Below are positions 1-6,435 of a stretch of 8,901 nucleotides of DNA, in pieces; within the stretch, counting starts at the first letter, position 1; every line of letters starts with the position of its first letter. The DNA comes from Azolla caroliniana (taxonomy: Eukaryota; Plantae; Polypodiophyta). The notes under the pieces were generated by a model that was not told the origin of the DNA, did not search any database, and worked only from the letters and a program-made list of their open reading frames with translations. Location: the NCBI GenBank assembly GCA_043228905.1, contig JBHGNT010001405.1, forward strand, positions 1 through 8,901, read 5' to 3'. The position numbers were made by a program, and so were the translations under genes.

Positions 1-279
1 AAGTGTTAAGGTATGTGTGCCCATTTATCTCCATAGTTGATTACTCCCTAAGTTTTTCTTTAACCATATTTTCATTAAATATTTGAAATTTCCTTGAAAT
101 AATAATCTATGTGCACTAAATCCCACGATCCAAGAAAGTGTGTACATGTTTGTTGGCAAAACTTCATATTCTCTAGTTTTGTTGGCCGTTGAGTAATACA
201 ACTTTGTAGGGTAGGCAATAGTTCTATGGTAGTCCTTCCTTATCAGTACAAAGTCATTTATGAGAACTAAAAAGATTGC

Positions 280-910
280 ACAATTGCATCATGCTTTGGA
301 GTCTCCATTACATGGTAGTTGGTGCTAGGTATGTTGTTTGGAATGCTATTGTTGATAATGCAATCAATATGATAAATTAATAACTATGCCTTTTATGAGT
401 GTTATGAGTGTGTAGGAGACTTTTACACTCTCTCCAATGAGTGTTCACATAAAGTGTGGTTGGGCTTGACTTATCAACCATTTAACGTCACCAAATCAAG
501 TGACACAAGCAAAATGCATTAACAAACTGTTCTAATGTGTTCGAATGTGTTCGTTCAAACACATTGGTAAATATATCAATGATTGGTGCGGATATGTTGG
601 AAATTCGTGCTTCTCTCCATATTTGCCTATTGATAGTCTAATTAGAGATGGCAGTCCCAAAGCCTATGTGTAGGTTCCAAGTCCAATCTTCTGGGGTCAT
701 TATGCCTTGTAATTCTCCGTTGGAATATAGGAAACTTGAGTTTGTAGTTTAAAAAATGAAGGCCACATACTAGCCTTATCTTTGGAAAACTTGAACGTCG
801 GCTAATTTCATGCTATGTATATACATTAGGTTTATGCATGATTGTCCGCTTATCTTTTATTTCATAGTATGATGCCAATGTACGATGAATATTGTATCGT
901 TTTGTCAACT
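280..910 (+). pseudogene. Degenerate thaumatin-like (PR-5) gene, copy 1
   Basis: Peptides occur in thaumatin order across several frames. A hydrophobic exon (TIASCFGVSITW*LVLG) is followed by a phase-1 GT..AG intron at 329-415. Then: DFYTLSNECSHKVWLGL (418-468, cf. FTLxNxCxxTVWPG); CSFKHIGKYINDWCGYVGNSC (548-610, cf. CSFDxSG...GDCG); QVQSSGVIMPCNSP (within 648-752, cf. QVxxxxGxVxACKSA); HDCP..AY..YDA (837-876, cf. ACPxAYSYAYDD); EYCIV(F)C (887-908, cf. DYxITFCP). Many stops and frameshifts; the central DFYDVSLVDG motif is not visible. Confidence 0.45.
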
Positions 911-1122
911 CCACTACTTAATCATTAATGGCAGGTTGATAGTAATTGATAACATGACATGTAACATCTTTTAGAGAGTCACAAGACTCCAAATTTTCCT
1001 TCAACATTTACAAGTGGGTAAAATGTTCCAACTCGCTCATAAATCATATATTTTGTGAAAATGCCCATCCAAAACAAAACATTGCATATGCCATAATTTA
1101 AGAATAATATTACATATAATTA

Positions 1123-1260
1123 AGTATTGGTAATCTCTTTAACGGACAACATGACCAGTACATTTGTTGTGAGTTGTACAGCCACATTGTATATCCTTTT
1201 CTGTAAAAAGAACTCTCCTGACTAATGGGAAAGCAGCCCCTTTTTTTGGAATAAATAAAT
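1123..1260 (+). mobile_element. 5'-truncated non-LTR retroposon (LINE/SINE 3' end), copy A
   Basis: Ends in TTTTTTTGG plus an (AAAT)n tail. Flanked by ATTACATATAATTA (1109-1122) and AATACATATAATTA (1261-1274), 13/14 identical. Bases 1180-1251 are ~85% identical to the reverse complement of 2085-2152. Confidence 0.7.
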
Positions 1261-1289
1261 AATACATATAATTATATAGTGAGCAACAT

Positions 1290-2050
1290 TAGGGTCAAGA
1301 TTTCACGTGCAAGCTACAACTTGCAACAACTTGCAATATCATGGGACATGCATTTTTCAGACATGCTACTCTTATTAGAATGACAATTTTCTAGATTCGT
1401 TGTAGATTTCTAAAATTTTTAAAAAATGTTAATTCTCCAAAAGCATAAATGCAAAACATTTCGTAAATCACATAATATTGTAAAAAATGACTCATTTTTT
1501 CATATCTTTCTACAATTGACACAAAATGTAAACTTTACTCAAATACTGAATAATACTAAACAAAGATAACGTGGTTCACCAATAAAAAATAGTAAACACA
1601 AAAACAACATAATATTATACATAGAAAGATGGTATTTTTGCACAAATATTATGAGATTTTCTTTTATTACTATTATGTTGTTGTCGATGACCCAATTATT
1701 CTATTCTATGTTTCTTTCCAAGCTACAAAGCATTTGCCTCATATAATCTCTTCAAATGTAGTATTATTTGGTATATTGATACCCACAAACATCAATAAAC
1801 GACCATCTAAGAACCTCTTTCGTAATTCACTACATGACTTTTGATAATATTGAAGGCAAATATCTTCTAAATTTGGGTCCAACATGTAACAATGATGAAG
1901 TGAATATTCAAGAAACATATTGCATGGGAACTAATTCTCATATGATCCATTTATTTCTTATCTCATCTTATTTTGTCATTTTAAGATTGATTTTGATATA
2001 TTAAAATGTGCAAAGCTCCTTTGTCTAAAATCTTGTAATAAAGACTTGGC
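1290..2050 (-). mobile_element. Possible highly decayed hAT DNA-transposon relic (boundaries uncertain)
   Basis: The minus strand gives MLDP(K)FR at ~1866-1885 (needs a 1-nt frameshift) and SELRKRFLDGRLLMFVGI at 1778-1831, which resembles the SELERRFP...GIVYPQYW segment of plant hAT/ZNF862-like transposases. There is a TAGGG start at 1290 and tandem CAACTTGCAA (1317-1336). No clean TIR or TSD found. Confidence 0.25.
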
Positions 2051-2080
2051 CAAATTAGATGTCTATATATGAGAATAGTT

Positions 2081-2374
2081 TTTTTTCCAAAAAAGGAGCT
2101 ACTTTCCCATTAGTTAGGAGAGATTTTTACAGAAAGACTATACAATATGGCTTATATATAAATTGGGGAATCAACCCCCGACGAGTTCAAGAATATGAGC
2201 CTACGTACATTTAATGTAAGTAGGTACCTAGAGCTACAATCATCGCCGGCCAATACAAGCTCAATCCTCCGGCCTTCAACGGAGGGAGGGTGGGAGGTGA
2301 GTAGGAAACAACCAACATGGGGGCGTGGTAGCTCCACCTCAGGCCGTTTCCTCCTTGTGTCACCATCGGCGTGT
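2081..2374 (-). mobile_element. 5'-truncated non-LTR retroposon (LINE 3' end), copy B
   Basis: GC-richer island flanked by a 15-bp TSD, TATATGAGAATAGTT (2066-2080) and TATACGAGAATAGTT (2375-2389), with 1 mismatch. The minus strand ends TTTTTTGG-poly(A). It shares the 3' module with copy A. Confidence 0.8.
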
Positions 2375-2848
2375 TATACGAGAATAGTTACTAGTGTTAT
2401 GCACTCATTTTGGGAAGGATTTATGGGTATTGATTAAACAAGAATAAAGTAAAGGGAAAATACAATATTTTATCATGAGGACTAGTTGTTTTAGAGATAA
2501 AAAAAACCATTCACGAGACTTGGAAAGATTATTGTCTCATGATAAATGGAACAAGCTTTTCCATGGATAACAAAGCTTTCGAGGATGGGCCTTCATTTGC
2601 CAGTATCGTCAATTGCATGTGAAAGAAAGTTCGTTAATATGATTGCGGTTAAAAACAAATTTCCTAACACTCAATTTTTAAAAATTAAGTTTATTGATTT
2701 ATGTGGAAATCAATACACTAAAAACAACCAAATCTGAAGAGATCTACACCTATAACATCATAATGTGGATCAATGAATATGTATATCATGGCATACGAAC
2801 AAAAATACCATATTTCTACAATATTATATGGTTTAATGTAGTTAAACA

Positions 2849-2894
2849 ATTTATTTATTTATTTGTTTGTTTTTTTTTTTTTTGGGGGGGGGGG
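2849..2894. repeat. Low-complexity run (TTTA)n(TTTG)n-T14-G11
   Basis: Directly visible. Confidence 0.85.
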
Positions 2895-2954
2895 TTGGAC
2901 TACGTTATCTTTATTTAAATGTTAGGGGGTTTGAGTAAATTATACATCTGTTTT

Positions 2955-2967
2955 TTTTTTTTCCAAA
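2955..2967 (-). mobile_element. Ultra-short 13-nt retroposon insertion (3' terminus plus poly(A)), copy C
   Basis: A perfect 18-bp direct repeat AAATTATACATCTGTTTT (2937-2954 and 2968-2985) flanks TTTTTTTTCCAAA. On the minus strand this reads TTT(TTT)GG-poly(A), the same terminus as copies A and B. Confidence 0.7.
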
Positions 2968-3480
2968 AAATTATACATCTGTTTTGATTATAGAATGCTA
3001 CGGAAAGAATTATATATGTATATCACTTTTTCTATGATATGAAAATATCTACCATTTGTGAATTTGAACAATTAACAATTCTTTTAGAATGTCAACGCAC
3101 AACCAAGTTAGAATTTTTCCATGGCAATGAGACCAGCATATTTTTAAAATATGCATCCCGGAAATTGTAAATTGCACATCAAATCCTAAAGATGGTGGTT
3201 GCTTCAAAAACTATTAATTCATTTTTTTGGTCCTATGTTCAATACGTATTTTGAAGTAATCAAAATTTCGCCACTATAATAACATAGTTCATATAATATT
3301 CAAATGATTTACTTTTTGTGCACTGGATCACAAGTTACAACATCATAATATGTAGGCTCTAGGATGTGGTGGATTATGGGTAAGTTGTTTGGAATGATAC
3401 TATTGATAATAAATCAATATTAAAAATGAACATAGTGATAAATCTTTGATAAAATTGAGATTGTTATGCAACATAGTGAA

Positions 3481-3484
<4 letters not shown>

Positions 3485-3536
<52 letters not shown>
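3485..3536 (+). repeat. Compound microsatellite (GT)13(GA)13
   Basis: Directly visible. Confidence 0.98.
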
Positions 3537-3726
3537 TACAAAAGGAAAGATGATATTAAGCAAAATGAGGGTTAAACAAATAGCGAACGAATGAGTAACA
3601 TTTTCATGGGGGTATTTGGTATATATTGGTCATCTTATGAATACTCTTATAGAATCATAATCCAATTAATAATGATGGTAAATTAGAGGGAAATGTATAT
3701 TACCTTTTCCAATCAAACACTCCAAG

Positions 3727-3961
3727 CATAGTATGTAATATACTCGAATGCATTGGCAAACATTCTTTTTTCATACAAATGCATTCTTATGTTTTTTTTT
3801 ACACTTTTTACCTTTACTTTCTTACCTTATAATAAATCATGAATACAAAAGTACGGTATTTACCATACTTTACTTCGAAGGTGTTTACCATACTCAAATG
3901 ATTGAAACATTCTCATATGCGAATGCACGTACCATGTATGGTACGTATGGTTCATACTATG
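3727..3961. mobile_element. hAT-like MITE, 235 bp
   Basis: TIRs CATAGTATG (3727-3735) and CATACTATG (3953-3961), with weaker subterminal similarity. The flanks CTCCAA-G (3720-3726) and CTCCAATG (3962-3969) form an 8-bp TSD with a 1-nt deletion. The paralogous empty site CTCCAATG is at 432-439. Internal TACCAT/ATGGTA repeats include ACGTACCAT-GT-ATGGTACGT (3927-3946). Confidence 0.7.
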
Positions 3962-4246
3962 CTCCAATGGTTGTGTTCACAAATGAAGTGTGGTTAAGCT
4001 TGGCTTCACAATCATTGTCATGACAAGCTAGGATTTTCTACTCTCACTTTTGCATTCCCGATCAAGCTTGAAGATCGAGCGGATATAGGCCAAGTACCTC
4101 ATAAATAATAAATACATTGGTAAAAGTTTGATGATTAGTGTAGATATACTAGAGATCTGCCTATTTTGAGTGGATAAGAGGTTTGTAATGGCCTTTAAGT
4201 TCCAAGGTTACTTATAGCTTCAAGTTCCACTCTAAGGGTTTGTCAT

Positions 4247-4521
4247 TGTTACGATGCTATAAAATAAAGAAACCGTTTACTTAATATAAATTAAAAAAAG
4301 AAGAGGAATCGTTTCAGTCATGAAGCGATCCCTATTCCTCATTCCTAGGTAGGCTATTTAATAAACCTCATCTTCCTGGAAAAGGGGGCCTCCCATTTTG
4401 GGAAGTAGAAATGTGCTCTCATTTTCAATAACTTTTAGTTATCATTCCATAAGTACTAGTTTTGTGATTTCCTAAATTAACATAGCTTATCTCCTTTAAT
4501 TTCTGTGTCTCAACCTTTACA
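4247..4521 (+). repeat. 5' LTR of element 1 (275 bp, TGTTA...TTACA)
   Basis: Ends in CA two nt before the PBS. Starts with TG exactly where homology to the copy-1 paralogue stops (GTCAT|). TATA-like TATTTAA at 4355-4361. Candidate TSD is GTCAT (4242-4246). The partner LTR is not in the window. Confidence 0.75.
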
Positions 4522-4523
4522 CT

Positions 4524-4535
4524 TGGTATCAGAGC
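4524..4535 (+). promoter_or_regulatory. Primer binding site, tRNA-iMet (TGGTATCAGAGC)
   Basis: Exact canonical plant Met-i PBS directly after the LTR-terminal CA plus 2 nt. Confidence 0.95.
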
Positions 4536-4603
4536 GCAGTAAGATCCATAGGGCTAAGTTGCACAACGGAGGAAACAAAGGTGGAAGTGAATATTTCACA
4601 CTC

Positions 4604-5837
4604 ATGGCAGAAAGGAGAAGGAGAAAGGGTTTCAAATTAAGCGAGATGAATGAAGGGGCAGGGACCTCACTGAGCGATACATTACAAGACAAAGTAGAGC
4701 AAGAAATCAAAGAAGTAGATCATTTAAGGAATCACGAGGAGCAAGTAAGGGAGAGATGGTTGAGAGAAGAGGAGGGATTAGGAGTAAACACAATAGAAAC
4801 GCAAGTAAGAAGACACGAGGAAGGTAGACAAGGAAGATTGGAAAAATTGATCCAAAGAATGGAATTAGGCAATGGCGGAGATCGCCGCAACAACCTTGGT
4901 ACATACAAACCAATCAAACCACGTACATATGCAGGAGAAAGGAACTCTATACACTTACAAGATGGATAAGGGAAACAGAGTTATTCCTGGTTCAAAGTCA
5001 TGTAGAGCTAGAGCTATGGGTGATAGTGTCATCAAGTTTTCTAGATAGACTGACGCAACACTGGTATATGTCTGAAGAAAGCACTCTCGAATTTGCTTCC
5101 TGGACAGAGTTCAAAAGAGAGTTGCGGTAGTATTTTATCCCCCCAGAACGACCACTTACGCCTTATGGATGAGTGGAAGGCACTAAAGCAAGGAGAAGGC
5201 CAACTTACCATCTATAATGAGAAATGTTGTCAATTAGTATTACAGCTACCCCATCTACATCCAATCACCAAGCTTCATGGGTTTGTGTCGGGCTTAAGAC
5301 CATGTATTCGGATGGAGTTAGAGAAGATGAACCCACAATCATGTGAAGAAGCCATGCGAGTAGCAGAACGAATTAGTGACATTGAGCAAATACACGCCCG
5401 ACATATTGAAATCAACCAACTACCTTCAACAATAGAAGTTGGATGACAATGACGAACTCGATGGGGAGAGGATTAACTCGAGGAGAAGCATCTCAGAATC
5501 GATGGACGAGCAATATAGGACAAGGAGCACCATTGCTCAATAATACCCCGACATCATCATTCCGTGGTCTCGCGATGAGGAGAGGATGTTTCGAGTGCGG
5601 TGGTTTGCACCTTGCATTAGAATGCCAAAAAAAGAAACAATTTCAAGGGAGAGTTGCCTCTTCCTAACTTGAGATAGCTGAGGACGAGGAAGGGACCAAG
5701 TGGGAAGCAGACGCGACGATAACTCAGTACGAGGATGACGTAGACGAAACCATAATTCGAGCTGGAGCAATTGGAGCACAACCTATCTAGCTCAATGCAA
5801 GGCTAACTTGCTTAGAGGGAATGGAACCACTAATGGG
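4604..5837 (+). pseudogene. gag: Disrupted gag and gag-protease linker of element 1
   Basis: Reads KPIKPRTYAGERN / WIRETELFL...QHWY...SWTEFKREL / LKQGEGQLTIYNEK...FVSGLRPCIRMEL...EEAMRVAERI. Zinc knuckle CFECGGLHLALEC at 5587-5625. Frameshifts near 4960, 5139-5144 and ~5410; stops at 5128-5130, 5665-5667 and 5788-5790. Confidence 0.88.
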
Positions 5838-6119
5838 TTGCACAGATCTAGGGTTGTCCAACCAAACGGCTCCTATTTTGGCTAGACTCAGTTGTTTAAC
5901 TCTTCTTCTAACTAACTAAGGACATCAAATTTGTTCGCTAGATTTGGTTTATTAGTACTATTAGGACTATCAAATATTCCTACTAAAATAAACTCGGGTT
6001 TAGTACAATTAGAACTAGCAACTATTTGGTTTACCTGTCTTCTTGGCCTATGGGGACAATTTACTACAATATGCCCTAGTCCACCGTGTTGTCCATAGGC
6101 CAAAAATATAAATACATTA
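5838..6119 (-). mobile_element. Antisense fragment of another retroelement gag (decayed zinc knuckle plus linker)
   Basis: The minus ORF 5912-6103 reads YGQHGGLGHIVVNCPHRPRRQVNQI, which has CX2CX4HX4C spacing with the first two Cys lost. It continues NKFDVLS*LEEE and, in another frame, LAKIGAVWL. Boundaries are approximate. Confidence 0.5.
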
Positions 6120-6435
6120 TGTAAACTTGCCGGTAGGTAGAATAGTAGGTGAGGAAATAGGTAGAACTAGAAATAGTCGAGTTTTTAGCCCTCACAATCA
6201 GCCGATGGCTCGGCTTTGTCTAAAGAGGAAAACTATATAACCCGAGACATGCATACCTCAAGGGGGGGGGATATAGATTATTTAGTAAGATTACTATCGT
6301 AGCACTGAGCTTTGCACAACCTGTTCCCGACCGAGCGCCGTGTACTGTAATCATTGTGAGCTTTTCATTTAATATAAATCTCACTCTTACTGTTCCTTCA
6401 TCTGTGTATTCCCCCGGTACTCGCAACCGAGCTAC
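6120..6435 (+). repeat. Putative 5' LTR of element 2 (3' end apparently deleted)
   Basis: TGTAAAC start, TATATAA at 6234-6240, AATATAAA at 6371-6378, then a pyrimidine-rich U5-like tract. No CA+TGG PBS is seen before the gag codons begin at ~6436. Confidence 0.55.

Larger units (their letters stand above)
3340..4246 (+). pseudogene. Degenerate thaumatin-like gene, copy 2 (interrupted by a MITE, 3' part displaced by an LTR element)
   Basis: Collinear homology to copy 1: 3379-3420 vs 328-370 (both begin at a GTAAGT/GTATGT splice donor), 3962-4006 vs 432-472, 4111-4163 vs 558-630 and 4198-4246 vs 653-700. RI*AKYLINNKYIGK (4080-4124) resembles thaumatin RIWARTGCSFxxSGK. The duplication is well supported; the thaumatin identity is moderate. 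Confidence 0.45.
4247..5837 (+). mobile_element. Ty3/gypsy LTR retrotransposon, chromovirus-like (element 1), truncated before the protease core
   Basis: 5' LTR, Met PBS and Retrotrans_gag-like coding with a CX2CX3HX4C knuckle. The right boundary is approximate. Confidence 0.85.

Noticed and set aside
2849-2894. T-rich run as the tail of a fourth retroposon
   Set aside because: It is followed by G11 rather than CCAAAAAA, and no TSD was found.
1629-2918. Short ORFs 1629-1844, 2152-2337, 2195-2437, 2546-2737 and 2694-2918
   Set aside because: They have no motifs, run through AT-rich or homopolymer DNA, and lie within or across TE relics.
3748-4023. 91-aa ORF with a hydrophobic N-terminus
   Set aside because: It lies mostly inside the MITE's T-rich interior and crosses its TIR, so it is a chance chimera.
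5839-5900. TG at 5839, 5855 or 5893 as the start of element 2's LTR
   Set aside because: The following ~250 bp reads better as antisense gag. TGTAAAC at 6120 fits the TATA and poly(A)-signal layout. Not fully excluded without the 3' LTR.
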